Shown: piece after piece, positions 1-11,462 of the stretch
Layout of the letters: the number at the start of each line of letters is the position of its first letter
How positions within the stretch are numbered: position 1 is the first letter of the stretch
Assembly (NCBI GenBank): GCA_964415485.1
Contig: CAYQAO010000001.1
Location: 1,756 to 65,755, forward strand
Source: an uncultured Gemmatimonadaceae bacterium
Lineage (GTDB): Bacteria > Gemmatimonadota > Gemmatimonadetes > Gemmatimonadales > Gemmatimonadaceae
Direction: 5' to 3'
DNA length: 64,000 nt
Program-made: the position numbers and the translations under genes
Notes under the pieces: model-generated
What the model was told of the DNA's origin: nothing
What the model saw: only the letters and a program-made list of their open reading frames with translations
Databases searched by the model: none

Positions 1-15
1 CCGTTGGGGCGCGAG

Positions 16-525
16 TCAGAAGCGCCACTGCTCTCCGTTCAGCGAGAGGAATTCCACCTCCCGCGTGGCAATATCAAGAATGGCTGCAGACGGAACTCCG
101 TTGAGCCAGCCGCACGCCTCACCCGGATTCACGAGAAGCGTATCGCCCTGCTGCGAGCTCTCCTGCATGTGCGTGGCTCCGTGAACCACGATCGAGTGGG
201 ACTCGATGGATCGGCCGGCCACCTCGGAGAGATCGTGCGCCAGCAGGATTCGAGTGCCTCCGACCTCAACACTGTGCGGCGCATCATACAGCTCCACGCC
301 GATCCCCCTGGCCGCCTCGGCCGCCAGGCCTCCGCGATCGCCGTCGCAGCGCCCGTAGACACCCGCCAGAGCGATCTGCGCGTCCAGAATGGGTGTCATC
401 GCAAATGGGGCACACCAGTCACCGGCATGGAGGAGCATCTGAACCCCTCCCTCCTGCATGCGGGCGATGAGGGCAGCGACGGCCGGAAGGCGATCGTGCG
501 TATCCGCAATCAGGCCAATTCGCAT
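16..525 (-). CDS. metallophosphoesterase, YfcE/MJ0936-like
   Basis: 169-aa ORF with MRIGLIADTHD, LHAGDW and VVHGATH metal-ligand motifs of calcineurin-like phosphoesterases. Confidence 0.8.
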   Translation of the reverse strand: MRIGLIADTHDRLPAVAALIARMQEGGVQMLLHAGDWCAPFAMTPILDAQIALAGVYGRCDGDRGGLAAEAARGIGVELYDAPHSVEVGGTRILLAHDLSEVAGRSIESHSIVVHGATHMQESSQQGDTLLVNPGEACGWLNGVPSAAILDIATREVEFLSLNGEQWRF

Positions 526-568
526 CAGTTCGCCGCCTCACGACCGCGGCACTGCAGCGCCGAATGCC

Positions 569-1855
569 TCATGAGCTCCTCCACTGCGGGTCTCCCCTCT
601 CCCCGCGGATAAGGTCGTCGTAGGTCTCGCGCTCGCGGACCACTGCCCACCTGTCTCCATCCACGAGCACCTCTGGCGCACGAGGACGCGCATTGTAGTT
701 GGAGGACATCACGAAGCCGTAGGCGCCCGCGTTATGCACGGCCAGCAGGTCGCCTGCCTCCACGGCCGGCAGCTCACGATCCAGCGCCAGGAAGTCGCCA
801 GACTCGCAGACCGGCCCGACAAGGTCGCCGCGAACGGTACCGGTCGCCTGCGACACGGCCGAGACCGCGTGATAGGCGGCGTAGTGCGAGGGACGAAGCA
901 GCTCGGTCATGCCACCGTCCACGATCACGTACTCCTTGCCGCCCGACCGCTTTCGCTGCAGCACCCGCGTGAGGAGCAGTCCAGCCTCGGCAGCCATGAA
1001 ACGCCCCGGCTCGAGCAGCAGGGTGAGTCCGGTGCCCTCCACTGCCCCACGCACGAGGCGAGCATAACGGGCAAGGTCCAGCTCCGGCTCGCCAGGCGCA
1101 TACGGCACCGCGAGACCTCCACCGAGGTCGAGGAACCGAAGGGTGTCGTGGCCTCCCTCTGTCAGCGCACGGAGCAACTCCTTCAGGCGGACAATTCCTT
1201 CCTCCAGCGCATCGAACGCCGAGAGCTGCGACCCCACGTGCATGTCCAGGCCAACGAGGTCCACGTTAGGGAGCGAGCGTGCCACCGCAGCCACCGGTAC
1301 GATCTCGTCGTAGGGAATGCCGAACTTGTCTCCACGACGCCCCGTTCCGATGTACGCGTGCGCGGTCTCGACGTCCACCTCGGGGTTGACCCTGAGGGCC
1401 ACACGCGCAGTCGTTCCGCGTTCAGCGGCAAGCTGCGAGATCATTCGGAGCTCGTGCTCGGACTCCACGTTGAACATGAGGACATCCGCGTCCAGGGCCT
1501 CACGAATCTCCGCGGCCGTCTTCCCGACTCCGCTGAAGACTACCTGCCGGCCGCTGAAGCCTGCCTTCAGCGAGCGGAACAGCTCGCCGCCGGAGACTAT
1601 GTCCACGCCTGCGCCCAGCGAGCGCATGAGCGACAGGATGGCCAGGTTGCCGTTGGCCTTTACGCTGTAGTGAATGCTGTGCGGTACGCCTTCCAGCGCG
1701 CTCGTGAGGCTGCGGTACCGCTCGCGGATGATCGCGCTGGAGTACACGAAGGCGGGCGTCCCCACATTCGCCGCAAGCCTTTCGAGTGACACGCCCTCGC
1801 AGGAGGGCACGATGCTGATGACGCTGTCTGACACGGTCAGTACGCCCGCGCCCAT
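569..1855 (-). CDS. lysA: diaminopimelate decarboxylase
   Basis: ORF 569..1894. PLP-dependent decarboxylase pattern: TPAFVYS, HYSVKAN (PLP lysine), [15 protein letters not shown]. Start set at ATG 1855; GTG 1834 is also possible. The longer form overlaps the proS stop at 1837. Confidence 0.85.
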   Translation of the reverse strand: MGAGVLTVSDSVISIVPSCEGVSLERLAANVGTPAFVYSSAIIRERYRSLTSALEGVPHSIHYSVKANGNLAILSLMRSLGAGVDIVSGGELFRSLKAGFSGRQVVFSGVGKTAAEIREALDADVLMFNVESEHELRMISQLAAERGTTARVALRVNPEVDVETAHAYIGTGRRGDKFGIPYDEIVPVAAVARSLPNVDLVGLDMHVGSQLSAFDALEEGIVRLKELLRALTEGGHDTLRFLDLGGGLAVPYAPGEPELDLARYARLVRGAVEGTGLTLLLEPGRFMAAEAGLLLTRVLQRKRSGGKEYVIVDGGMTELLRPSHYAAYHAVSAVSQATGTVRGDLVGPVCESGDFLALDRELPAVEAGDLLAVHNAGAYGFVMSSNYNARPRAPEVLVDGDRWAVVRERETYDDLIRGERGDPQWRSS

Positions 1856-3306
1856 ACTACCTCGTACTTCGCGGGCTCGCCGGTCACCATGCACCGCGTT
1901 GCAGGCTCCGCCGACCGGAACTCCTCATCGGGAATCACGCGGATGGTGGCCTTCGTCTCCTCCTTCACCTTTGCCTCGACGGCGGGATCACCGTTCCAGC
2001 CGGCATAGACGAACCCGCCCCTGTCCTCGATGATCTCGCGGAACCTTTCGTAGGTGATCTCGCCACGATGGCTGTTGGCCTCGCGACGGTCACGTGCGAC
2101 TTCCAGCATGTCGCGCTGCATGGCCGCGAGCATGTCGGCGATGTCCTCGCCGATGGTGTCCAGCGAGACGGGGCGCTTCTCGCGGGTGTCGCGCCTCACG
2201 AGAACAGCCTGGTTGTTGTCAATGTCACGGGGACCGAGTTCCACGCGTACGGGAATGCCGCGAAGCTCCCACTCGTAGTACTTCGCACCGGGCTTCATGC
2301 CCTCTCGCGAGTCGAGATGCACGCGCAGCCGATCCGGCTCCCTGCGCTCCCAGTCGGCGAGGTTCCTCTTCAGGCGCTCCGCCGCTTCGAGCACGCGAAC
2401 ACGCTCATCCTCCTTGCGGTAGATGGGCACGATCACCACCTCGATGGGCGCCAGCAGCGGCGGCGTCACCATGCCCAGGTCATCGCCGTGGGTCATGATC
2501 AGTCCGCCGATCATTCGGGTGGACACGCCCCAGCTGGTGTTCCAGGCGTGGGCCATTTCGCCGGTCTCGGTCTGGAACTCCAGGTTGAACGCCCTGGCGA
2601 AGTTCTGACCCAGGTTGTGTGATGTTCCCGCCTGCAGCGCGCGATTGTCCTGCATCAGGGCCTCACACGCGTACGTCCGCAGCGCGCCGGCAAACTTCTC
2701 GGACTCGGTCTTCAGGCCCGTGATGACGGGCATGGACATCCATCCTTCCATGAAATCGCGGTACACGCCGAGCATGCGACGAGTCTCCTCTTCCGCCTCG
2801 TCATGCGTGGCGTGTGCCGTGTGTCCCTCCTGCCACAGGAACTCCATGGTGCGCAGGAAGAGTCGCGTGCGCATTTCCCACCTGACGACGTTCGCCCACT
2901 GGTTGTAGAGCAGCGGCAGGTCCCGGTAGCTCTGCACCCAGCGCGCAAAGCTGTCGTAGATGATGGTCTCGGACGTGGGACGCACCACCAGCGGCTCATC
3001 CAGCTCCTTCCCGCCACCATGCGTCACCACCGCCGTCTCGGGCGCAAATCCCTCCACATGCTCGGCCTCCTTCTGCAGGAAGCTCTGAGGAATGAACAGG
3101 GGGAAGTATGCGTTCACGTGCCCGGTGGCCTTGAACATGTCGTCCAGCGCGCGCTGCATGCGTTCCCATATGCCGTAGCCGTTGGGACGTATCACCATGC
3201 ATCCGCGAACGGGCGAATAATCCGCCAGCTCGGCACGCAGCACGAGCTCGTTGTACCAAGCGCTGAAGTCTTCCGTACGGGAAGTCAGCTTCCTGTCGTC
3301 ACTCAT
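1837..3306 (-). CDS. proS: proline--tRNA ligase (archaeal/eukaryote-like type)
   Basis: ORF 1837..3477 trimmed to ATG 3306 ([22 protein letters not shown]...), the typical N-terminus of short-type ProRS. Class II core motifs present. Overlaps the hisS stop by 8 nt. Confidence 0.9.
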   Translation of the reverse strand: MSDDRKLTSRTEDFSAWYNELVLRAELADYSPVRGCMVIRPNGYGIWERMQRALDDMFKATGHVNAYFPLFIPQSFLQKEAEHVEGFAPETAVVTHGGGKELDEPLVVRPTSETIIYDSFARWVQSYRDLPLLYNQWANVVRWEMRTRLFLRTMEFLWQEGHTAHATHDEAEEETRRMLGVYRDFMEGWMSMPVITGLKTESEKFAGALRTYACEALMQDNRALQAGTSHNLGQNFARAFNLEFQTETGEMAHAWNTSWGVSTRMIGGLIMTHGDDLGMVTPPLLAPIEVVIVPIYRKEDERVRVLEAAERLKRNLADWERREPDRLRVHLDSREGMKPGAKYYEWELRGIPVRVELGPRDIDNNQAVLVRRDTREKRPVSLDTIGEDIADMLAAMQRDMLEVARDRREANSHRGEITYERFREIIEDRGGFVYAGWNGDPAVEAKVKEETKATIRVIPDEEFRSAEPATRCMVTGEPAKYEVVWARAY

Positions 3307-4645
3307 GGGATGTGGATGAGATATTGGACGCGCTTCCGTTCGTCTCGGCGGAAAGGCGCTTGTGCAGCTCGTCGGACACGGCGTTGACGGCAACCAGCAC
3401 TGGCTCGGGGCCGCCCGAACGCATTTCACGAAGCTCGACGCCGCCATCCGGCTGGACGACGGCGGCGAAGCGAGCATGGGCCTTCTGTGCGGCCTTCAGC
3501 TGCGCACCCGTTCGCTGCGTTCGCAACCTGGTCTCGTTGAGCACGTAGTCCACGCTGAAGCCGGCTCTTCGGAGATCGCCAGCCAGTCGAAGCACCGCAT
3601 GCGGCTCCGTACCCTCAGCAGCCACGATCCACACGTCCGTGCCGGACTCGCGCGCAGGCATCAGTCCGCGATCCCTCAGCAATTCGCCGAGTACCACGTC
3701 GCCCATGCCGAATCCGAGGGCGGGCAGATCGGTGCCGCCGAGCGTGGCCAGGAGCGTGTCATAACGACCGCCGCCGCAAATCGCGCGGAGCTCGCCCTGC
3801 GCGTCGAAGAGCTCGAAGACGATTCCCGTGTAATACGCCAGGCCGCGAACGATCGAGAGGTCGAACACCAGCCAATCGCCGTATCCGAGTGCCACTACCG
3901 CGTCGCGATAACGCTCGAGGCGTTCGAATTCCTCCGCTCCGGCACCGGCGGCGCGCTCGCGCATGGCATCCAGGTCGCGCAGTTCGCAGAGTGCGATTAG
4001 CTCGTCAATCGCCCGGGCGCTGACACCAGCCTGCTCCATGCGCGCCGCAAGTGCTTCAGGAGGCTCGCGCTCCATCTTGTCCACTGCTGCATACACCACC
4101 GGCAGCTGCTCCGCGGTGACTCCGAGCGAATCCAGGATCGCGTTCAGAAGGCGACGATCGGACACTCGGGCTCGCACGTCCCGGGAAGTGAGTCCAAGCT
4201 CCTCGCAGATTCCGCACGCAACGGACAGCAGTTCGGCGTCGGCCAGCACGTCGGACTCACCGACTATGTCCACGTTCAGCTGGAAGTGCTCCCTGAGCCG
4301 TCCTCGCTGCGCCCGCTCGTAGCGGAACAGCTGCGGCATGGAGAACCAGCGAACCGGCTTGCGCAGGGCATTGGCGCGAGCGCCTACCATGCGCGCGAAG
4401 GTGGGGGTCATCTCCGGCCGGAGCGACACCTGCCTTCCACCCTTGTCTTCGAAGCTGTAGAGCTGTCCGACTATTTCGTCGCCACTCTTCCGCGTGTAGA
4501 GCTCCAGCGGCTCGAGAGGAGGTCCGTCGTACTCCTCGAACGCGGCGCGACGAGCCACGCGGCGCCATGCATCCATGATGTGCGTGCGCTCCGCAAGGTC
4601 GTCGGGATAGAAGTCGCGGAATCCGGGCAGCGCACCTTGGGCCAT
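3299..4645 (-). CDS. hisS: histidine--tRNA ligase
   Basis: 448 aa with [28 protein letters not shown]...AICGGGRYD motifs typical of HisRS. Confidence 0.9.
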   Translation of the reverse strand: MAQGALPGFRDFYPDDLAERTHIMDAWRRVARRAAFEEYDGPPLEPLELYTRKSGDEIVGQLYSFEDKGGRQVSLRPEMTPTFARMVGARANALRKPVRWFSMPQLFRYERAQRGRLREHFQLNVDIVGESDVLADAELLSVACGICEELGLTSRDVRARVSDRRLLNAILDSLGVTAEQLPVVYAAVDKMEREPPEALAARMEQAGVSARAIDELIALCELRDLDAMRERAAGAGAEEFERLERYRDAVVALGYGDWLVFDLSIVRGLAYYTGIVFELFDAQGELRAICGGGRYDTLLATLGGTDLPALGFGMGDVVLGELLRDRGLMPARESGTDVWIVAAEGTEPHAVLRLAGDLRRAGFSVDYVLNETRLRTQRTGAQLKAAQKAHARFAAVVQPDGGVELREMRSGGPEPVLVAVNAVSDELHKRLSAETNGSASNISSTSHE

Positions 4646-4654
4646 CCTTGCAAT

Positions 4655-5869
4655 CTACCGGATCAGCGGATCGACTTGCAACCGGAGCATGGCGTCACCC
4701 ACCGTGTGGAAGGAGCCGGTCACGAGCACCATGCCGGCGTCCCGGCCAGCAGCTTCGAGTGCCTCCTCGAAGTCCTCAACATGCTCGGCATTCCACCCGC
4801 GGTCGCGCGCCCACCACGCCGCTCCCCGAGCGTCCCATACACGACCGGCGGGCGCTGACGGAGCCTCCGTGAAGACGAAGCGACTCACGTGCGGCGCCAG
4901 TGCCTCCACAATGCCGTGCCAGTCCTTGTCCGACAGCACCGCCACCAGCGCAACCACCGGGTCCGTGACGCCGGCTGAAGTCATGGTACGGGCGAGCACG
5001 CGTGCGCCTGCCGGATTGTGCGCCACGTCGAAGAGCCACTTGTCGTGACGGTGAAAGCGACCCGGCAGACGCACACCTGCAAAGGCGGCGCTCGCTTCCT
5101 CGGCATCAACTTCGAACGCCCCCCCAGCCGCGTTCAGGGTGGCCAGCGCTACCGCCGCATTGCCAGCCTGGTGTTCACCCACCAGGGGCGTACAGATCTC
5201 CGTTCCATTCGGCGTATGGAAGCACGTTCCGTTCGCGGTGATGCGAACGCTCCCTTCGCTCACCAGCTGCCCGGCGTGGATGATGTCCGACGCGCCCGCC
5301 TCACGCGCCGAGCGCTCGAGGGCTTCGGTTGCCTCTTCTCCGGTAGGACCGATTATCGCCGGAACTCCCGGCTTGAAGATGCCACCCTTCTCGCGTGCGA
5401 TAGCCCCGATGGACTCACCCAGATACTCCACGTGATCGATGTCCACGCTGACCACGGCCGCAGCCTCCGGGTGCACCACATTGGTGCTGTCCAGCAGGCC
5501 GCCAAGCCCCACCTCCACGACGGCAACGTCAACGGACGAACGCACGAACCAGTCGAATGCAAGAGCCGTAGTGACCTCGAAGAACGTGGCATCGAGTTCC
5601 CGGATGATGGCGTCGTGGTCGGAAAGGAAGCGTACCACCTCGTCAGGCTCGATGCCCGTGCCGTCCACGACCACTCGCTCGCGGAAGTCCACGAGGTGCG
5701 GAGACGTGTACGTGCCCACCCGCAGGCCACGCCATCGGAGTGCACTCGCCAGCATGGCGACCACGCTTCCCTTGCCGTTGGTACCGGCAACGTGCAGCAC
5801 GGGTACACGCAGGTGCGGGTCGCCCAGGTGCGAGAGCAGGGCCAGGGTTCTATGCAGACCGGGTCGCAC
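4655..5869 (-). CDS. folC: bifunctional folylpolyglutamate synthase/dihydrofolate synthase
   Basis: Mur-ligase P-loop HVAGTNGKGS. GTG start. Lies directly downstream of accD, as in the E. coli accD-folC arrangement. Confidence 0.8.
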   Translation of the reverse strand: MRPGLHRTLALLSHLGDPHLRVPVLHVAGTNGKGSVVAMLASALRWRGLRVGTYTSPHLVDFRERVVVDGTGIEPDEVVRFLSDHDAIIRELDATFFEVTTALAFDWFVRSSVDVAVVEVGLGGLLDSTNVVHPEAAAVVSVDIDHVEYLGESIGAIAREKGGIFKPGVPAIIGPTGEEATEALERSAREAGASDIIHAGQLVSEGSVRITANGTCFHTPNGTEICTPLVGEHQAGNAAVALATLNAAGGAFEVDAEEASAAFAGVRLPGRFHRHDKWLFDVAHNPAGARVLARTMTSAGVTDPVVALVAVLSDKDWHGIVEALAPHVSRFVFTEAPSAPAGRVWDARGAAWWARDRGWNAEHVEDFEEALEAAGRDAGMVLVTGSFHTVGDAMLRLQVDPLIR

Positions 5870-5937
5870 CGCGCCCGCGGTGCGACTGAAAAGGCTGTCC
5901 AGCGCCTCCCGGTAGCCCGCTGGAAACGCGTTTGTAC

Positions 5938-6801
5938 TCAGGCAGACTCCCAGTTCGCGGACGCCGGCTGCCCGGTCATGTGACGAAGCAGGCGACCGAC
6001 GGTGGCCTTGAGGTCGCGGCGATGCACCACCGCGTCGAGCATCCCCTTGTCGAGCAGGAACTCGGCCGTCTGGAAGCCCTCAGGCAGGTCCTGGCCGATC
6101 GTCTGCTTGATCACGCGTGGGCCGGCGAACCCGATCACGGCACCCGGCTCCGCAAGTATGGCGTCGCCGAGCATGGCGAAGCTGGCACTCACGCCGCCGG
6201 TGGTGGGGTTCGTGAGGATGGAGATGTACGGAATGCTTCTCTCGTTGAGCTGCGCAAGCATTGCGGACGTCTTCGCCATCTGCATCAGGGACAGCACTCC
6301 CTCCTGCATGCGCGCACCACCGGATGCCGAGAGGATGACGAGCGGCCACTTGCGCTCGAGCGAGCGCTGTCCGGCGCGAGCGATCTTTTCGCCAACGACC
6401 GACCCCATGGAGCCGCCCATGAAGGCGAAGTCCATGGCGCACACGTTGAGCGGCGAACCGTCCAGGCGACCGCTGGCGCTCAGCACTGCCTCGGCGTCGC
6501 CGGCGTTGGCGTGGGCCTTCTTCAGACGCTGCGAGTAATCGGGAAAGCCGAGAGGATCGATTGACCGAAGGTCGGCGTCGTGCTCCTCTGCGGTTCCCTC
6601 GTCGAGGAGGATATTGACGTAGTCCACCGCGCGGATGCGGCGGTGGAAATCGCAGTTGGGGCACACGTTGAGGTTCCGGACGAACTTCTCCCGGATATCC
6701 GTATGCCCGCACGCCTCGCACTTCTCCCACGCGTCTGGCGGGATCTCCAGGCGTTCACGCCGCGGAACGCGCGGCTTCTTCTCCTTCCGGAACCAGGCCA
6801 T
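5938..6801 (-). CDS. accD: acetyl-CoA carboxylase carboxyltransferase subunit beta
   Basis: N-terminal zinc ribbon CEACGH...CPNCDFH followed by the carboxyltransferase core FMGGSMGSVVGEK. Confidence 0.9.
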   Translation of the reverse strand: MAWFRKEKKPRVPRRERLEIPPDAWEKCEACGHTDIREKFVRNLNVCPNCDFHRRIRAVDYVNILLDEGTAEEHDADLRSIDPLGFPDYSQRLKKAHANAGDAEAVLSASGRLDGSPLNVCAMDFAFMGGSMGSVVGEKIARAGQRSLERKWPLVILSASGGARMQEGVLSLMQMAKTSAMLAQLNERSIPYISILTNPTTGGVSASFAMLGDAILAEPGAVIGFAGPRVIKQTIGQDLPEGFQTAEFLLDKGMLDAVVHRRDLKATVGRLLRHMTGQPASANWESA

Positions 6802-6858
6802 GAAGCCAAATGTGGCCGTGCGCCCGGCCCCGGCACAAGGGACGGGGCCTTTCCACGC

Positions 6859-8103
6859 CTAAATGGCCAGCCCCCCTACCCTCCCCCTGCCCTCCATGCT
6901 CACTCGCAGGAGGATGCCGATGGCAAGCCAGCTCGCAAGCATGAACGAGCCGCCGTAGCTGAAGAACGGAAGCGGAATTCCGGTGATCGGCATGAGGTTG
7001 AGCGTCATGCCGATGTTCACCACCACGTGAACGAACCACGACGAGAGCAGTCCGAAAGCCACGAGGCTCGCGAATGGCTCATTGGCGCGCTCTGAAACCC
7101 GGACTATCCGCAGGAACAGGAGCGCGAAGAGACTCAGTGCCACCATCACGCCGATGAACCCCATCTCCTCACCAACCACCGCGAAAATGAAGTCGGTGTG
7201 CTGCTCGGGAAGGAACGCCAGTCGCTTCTGGGATCCTGCCGTGTAGCCGGATCCGGTCCATCCACCCGAGCCGATCGCAATCTTGGACTGAATTACATGG
7301 TAGCCCGAATTCCGCGGATCGCGGGACGGGTCCAGGAACACCAGAAGCCGGTTCTGCTGGTATGGCGCAAGCCTGTCCCAGAGCATCGGCGCCAGTACTC
7401 CCATGGCCACGTTTGCAGTGACTATGGCGACGCCCTCGAGCAGGTATGGCTTGTGATAGAAGACGAATGCCAGGAGCAGCAGGAACCAGGCTCCCCATAC
7501 CCAGGTGCTGAACGACAGGATGAGGCTTACGGCCGGGCTCGCGAGCAGCACGAGGAGCTGCCAGGGCACTCCGCTCCAGAACAGCATGGCGAAGAAGATC
7601 CCCACGAACACGATGCCCGTTCCGAGGTCTGGCTGCGCCATGATCAGCACCCATGGCATGAAGACCACGAGCGCCGGAAGCCAAAGGTCGAGCAGCGCCC
7701 TGGCAGGCTCTCGTCGTGCGGCGAGCACCTTTGCCAGCATGAGCACGACCACGATCTTCGCGAACTCGGCCGGCTGAAGGCGCGCCGGACCGATGCCGAT
7801 CCAGCTCTTCGTGCTGGCGGCCGTTCCGGCTCCGCCGCCGAACACCAGCGTAAGGGCCAGTAGCACGAGCATGCCAACGAAGGCGGGAACCGTGAGCCAC
7901 TCGATAACACGCACGGACATGCGACTGGCCACCAGCGCGCCGGCCAGCGCCACTGCGCACCAGAGCAGCTGCATCTGCCACAGGCCGGCTGCGGCCGAGC
8001 GAACGTCCGTCTGGCCGGCGGAATACACCATGGCTACGCCGTACGCAGTGAGCGCCAGCGCGGTCAGGACCAGAGGAAGGTCGCCGACGATGCGACGGAG
8101 CAC
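6859..8103 (-). CDS. rodA: rod shape-determining SEDS protein RodA
   Basis: 414-aa polytopic membrane protein of the FtsW/RodA/SpoVE type (…GIPLPFFSYGGS…). Immediately downstream of PBP2. Confidence 0.85.
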   Translation of the reverse strand: MLRRIVGDLPLVLTALALTAYGVAMVYSAGQTDVRSAAAGLWQMQLLWCAVALAGALVASRMSVRVIEWLTVPAFVGMLVLLALTLVFGGGAGTAASTKSWIGIGPARLQPAEFAKIVVVLMLAKVLAARREPARALLDLWLPALVVFMPWVLIMAQPDLGTGIVFVGIFFAMLFWSGVPWQLLVLLASPAVSLILSFSTWVWGAWFLLLLAFVFYHKPYLLEGVAIVTANVAMGVLAPMLWDRLAPYQQNRLLVFLDPSRDPRNSGYHVIQSKIAIGSGGWTGSGYTAGSQKRLAFLPEQHTDFIFAVVGEEMGFIGVMVALSLFALLFLRIVRVSERANEPFASLVAFGLLSSWFVHVVVNIGMTLNLMPITGIPLPFFSYGGSFMLASWLAIGILLRVSMEGRGRVGGLAI

Positions 8104-8109
8104 CGATGG

Positions 8110-9885
8110 CTACTCCAGGCTCTCGGTTACGGGAATGGGCGCAGTGGGAGCACGGAAGTATCGCTCGAAAATGGACGATGCGACCCTCGCTGCAACACCG
8201 CCGCTCTGCCCGTACTCGATCATCACGGCTACCACGAGCTTGGGATCCTCGACCGGGGCAAAGCCCACGAACCAGGCGTGGTTGGGTCCGTGCGGATTCT
8301 GCGCCGTGCCAGTCTTCCCTGCGATCTGGATGCCGCGAATCGCCGCACTCCCCGCGGTGCCTCGCGAGGACACCACGTCCAGCATCGCCACGCGAAGGCT
8401 CGCAAGCTGTTCCGGCGTCAGGTCCAGCACCTTCACTCGCTCGGGCTCGTCCCGCCTCACGATCGAGGGAGTCGCGGCGTAGCCGTCGGTCGCGAGCGCC
8501 GTATAGAAGCGCGCCATGTTCGTAACGGTCTGCGCGTTCTCGCCCTGGCCGATGGCAAGGTTCATTGCCACGGAGCCTTCAGTCCAGCCACGCGGGCCGA
8601 AGGTCTCATTGTAGTAGTCAATGGTCTGCGGAAAGATTCCAGGGTTCTCGCCAGGCAGGTCTATGCCACTGCGCTCGTGCATGTGCAGGTCAACGCCGCC
8701 CGCCAGCAGCCTGCGCAGGCCGATCTGCCTGCCCAGCTGATAGAAGTAGACGTTGCACGAACCGGCGATCGCTCCCCGCAGGTCCACGTTGCCGTGGCCG
8801 TCCCGCTTCCAGCATCTCCAGTACCTGCCGCCGTACGAAATTCCTCCGCTGCACGGCACCGGCATGCGCGTGTCGGGCTGCACGAGGCCGAGTTCCAGGC
8901 CCATGGCCGCCGTAGCAAGCTTGTAGGTTGACGCCGGCTCGTACCGGCCCTTGAGCGCCTTGTTGTAAAGCGGCTTTCGCGGGTCGGTGTTCAGCGAGTC
9001 GTAGTACTGGAACGAGACGCCACCGATGAACCGGTTGGGGTCGAAGCCCGGGGCGCTGTGAAGCGCGACGACGCCGCCGGTGTACGGATCCAGGGCCACG
9101 ACTCCGCCCTGAAGCGTGTCCATTACGCTCACTACGTGCCGCTGCAGGTCCAGGTCAATGTTGGTGTGCAGGGGCGGCGGCGACTCGGGCGGCAGCTCGG
9201 TTCGGGCACCGCGCTCCCTCACGATCCGGTTGCGCGCGTCAACCTCCACGAACCGGGTACCCTCACGACCCTGCAGAGCGGACTCATACGCGCGCTCGAG
9301 CCCGTCCTTGCCGATCTGCTGGCCGGCGGTGTAGTCCGCGAACTCGGGACGGCCAAGCTCGCGCTCGTCAATCTCGGCGGTGTAGCCGACGAACCCTGAC
9401 ACTGCAGCCCCGTCAGGGTAGTAGCGCTTCGGCGCGGACTGCACCACGAGACCGGGGAAATCCGTTCTCAGCTCTTCCAGCACGCTCACCATGTCGAACT
9501 CGGCATCCGAGAAGACCATGGCGGGGCGGCTGGGCATCGCGCGATAACGACGGATGGTCGCGTCTATCTGCCTCTGCGTAAGCTGTATGGAGTGCGAGAG
9601 CTGCTCCAGCGTTACGCGAAGGCTGTCCTCGTTCTTCGCGATGATGGACACGGTGTATCCTGGAACGCTCTCGGCGATCACCCGGCCGTGCCTGTCGTAG
9701 ATGATGCCTCGTGAGGCAGGGAGCGGAATCGGGCGAAGGCGGTTCGTCTCGCTCTGGAGTGCGAACTGCTCGTGCTCTATCACCTGCGTGCGAAAGAACG
9801 CCGCGCCCAGGAGCACGAGCGGCGCGAGCACGAGTATCGCCGCGGCGATCGCGCGGCGTCGCACGTCGTGAGGGTGGAAGCTCAC
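8110..9885 (-). CDS. mrdA: penicillin-binding protein 2 (class B transpeptidase)
   Basis: N-terminal TM helix. Transpeptidase motifs ASTYK (SxxK), SCN (SxN), KTGTA (KTG). GTG start overlaps the mreD stop (GTGA). Confidence 0.85.
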   Translation of the reverse strand: MSFHPHDVRRRAIAAAILVLAPLVLLGAAFFRTQVIEHEQFALQSETNRLRPIPLPASRGIIYDRHGRVIAESVPGYTVSIIAKNEDSLRVTLEQLSHSIQLTQRQIDATIRRYRAMPSRPAMVFSDAEFDMVSVLEELRTDFPGLVVQSAPKRYYPDGAAVSGFVGYTAEIDERELGRPEFADYTAGQQIGKDGLERAYESALQGREGTRFVEVDARNRIVRERGARTELPPESPPPLHTNIDLDLQRHVVSVMDTLQGGVVALDPYTGGVVALHSAPGFDPNRFIGGVSFQYYDSLNTDPRKPLYNKALKGRYEPASTYKLATAAMGLELGLVQPDTRMPVPCSGGISYGGRYWRCWKRDGHGNVDLRGAIAGSCNVYFYQLGRQIGLRRLLAGGVDLHMHERSGIDLPGENPGIFPQTIDYYNETFGPRGWTEGSVAMNLAIGQGENAQTVTNMARFYTALATDGYAATPSIVRRDEPERVKVLDLTPEQLASLRVAMLDVVSSRGTAGSAAIRGIQIAGKTGTAQNPHGPNHAWFVGFAPVEDPKLVVAVMIEYGQSGGVAARVASSIFERYFRAPTAPIPVTESLE

Positions 9886-10370
9886 GTGGACCGCACCTCC
9901 AGCAGCGGCCGCAGCAGGATCAGCATCAGCACACCCATGGCGGCCGTAACCGCCGCGGAAAGTGGGGACCAGAGAAGGAGTTCGAGAGCAAATCCCGGCT
10001 CGCCGATTCCCCCCTCAGCCGCAAGGTGCAGCAGGTCGAACAGCCACTTCCCGAGAAAGAAGAAAAACCCGTTCAGCGCCAGGTTGTCGGCGAAGAACAT
10101 CGCCTTCAACCAGGAGGCCGAGAAGCCGATGAGACTCATGGCCAGTGCTGCCGCGCCCATGTGTCCCGGTGCCAGCGCGTCGGAAAGCAGGCCAATCAGG
10201 AATCCCGCAACGGCCGCCGCGCCCGGGCGGAGTCGCACCGCCACCACGAGCAGGGCCACGACCAGGAAATCCGGCGACGCCCGCCATCCCAGCAACGGCC
10301 TCAAGGTGTAATGTAGTACCACGAGCGCGATGAACAGCACCGCAACCCGCAGGAATCTTCCAAGGCTCAC
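9882..10370 (-). CDS. mreD: rod shape-determining protein MreD
   Basis: ORF 9882..10604 trimmed to GTG 10370, which overlaps the mreC stop (GTGA). 163 aa, very hydrophobic with multiple helices. Sits between mreC and mrdA. Confidence 0.65.
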   Translation of the reverse strand: MSLGRFLRVAVLFIALVVLHYTLRPLLGWRASPDFLVVALLVVAVRLRPGAAAVAGFLIGLLSDALAPGHMGAAALAMSLIGFSASWLKAMFFADNLALNGFFFFLGKWLFDLLHLAAEGGIGEPGFALELLLWSPLSAAVTAAMGVLMLILLRPLLEVRST

Positions 10371-11455
10371 TGTCGGCGCTCCTCGGGTGGAGGCACCGGC
10401 AGCGGAAGCGTCGGATTGATCAGTCTCGCCGCGGCGTCCGCTGCCGCCGAGATGCTGTCGGCGCGCAGGGAGTCCGCCCGACGGCGCTCCTCCTCGCGCG
10501 CCCTGAGCAGCGCCTGCACCCGCGCGGCCGAGTCGGCCACGATAGAGTCCGCAGCCGCGCGCAGCGCTCGCAGTGCGGAGTCCGCGTCGGCAGGCAGCTG
10601 CCATGCGCCAATGAGCCCTTCATCCCGCTGCTCGTTTCGAACGATCATCACGAGCTTCACGTCGGCCGGCGTTACCACCGGGCGCAGAAGGTAGGTGCGC
10701 TGGAAGCCTCCCCCTTCCGGAGGGAGCTCGCCGATAACCGTGCCGACGGGAATGCCGACCGGGTACGCCACTCCAAGCCCGGAGGTGACGATCGTGGTAC
10801 CCTCCGGCAGGGTGTCACGGACGCGAACCCAGGTGAGGCGCAGCAGGAACGGCGCGGGATCGTCGGCGACTCCATGGAGCGACTCCGAGCCCGGCAGGTA
10901 CGGCTGCACCATGCCGAAGACCCGACCGTCCGCCGACATGGCGCTGACGCGGAAGTCCGGGTGCGACAGGAGTATCGCCTCGCTCGTGAGCGGATCCACG
11001 GAGCGCACGAGCCCTACCAGCCCCTGCGGCGTCACCACGGGCATTCGGCGCTCCACGCCCGCGTTGGAGCCGGCGGAGAGCAGCACGCTGTTGCCCTCGC
11101 CGGGCCCCTGCGTTCCGAGCACCTCGGCCGGCACGAAGCCCACGGCCAGACGCTGGCCAAGGCCAAGCAGTCCGCGCAGCTGCGCGTTCTCCGCTCGCAG
11201 GATCTGCGTGCTCATGGTCTCGAGCGCCAGGCTGTCAATGGCGCGCGTAGTGGAGTCATGAGCGAGGATCGCCATGCGTCCGCGCTCGGCGCGGGTGTGG
11301 AGCGATACGAGGGGGGTACCGACGGAGGTCCGAATGGCGGAGGCCAGCCGGTCGCGCGTTAGGCGCGGGAGTACCAGGATCAGTAGCGCGAGCGCAACGC
11401 AGACAGCCAGGACTACAGCATCCGCTCGGGATCCCTGGGCGGCTGAACGCGCCAC
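10367..11455 (-). CDS. mreC: rod shape-determining protein MreC
   Basis: N-terminal TM segment, coiled-coil stretch (LRAENAQLRGLLGL), beta-rich core, low-complexity tail. Lies between mreB and mreD. Confidence 0.85.
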   Translation of the reverse strand: MARSAAQGSRADAVVLAVCVALALLILVLPRLTRDRLASAIRTSVGTPLVSLHTRAERGRMAILAHDSTTRAIDSLALETMSTQILRAENAQLRGLLGLGQRLAVGFVPAEVLGTQGPGEGNSVLLSAGSNAGVERRMPVVTPQGLVGLVRSVDPLTSEAILLSHPDFRVSAMSADGRVFGMVQPYLPGSESLHGVADDPAPFLLRLTWVRVRDTLPEGTTIVTSGLGVAYPVGIPVGTVIGELPPEGGGFQRTYLLRPVVTPADVKLVMIVRNEQRDEGLIGAWQLPADADSALRALRAAADSIVADSAARVQALLRAREEERRRADSLRADSISAAADAAARLINPTLPLPVPPPEERRQ

Positions 11456-11462
11456 GGCTCGC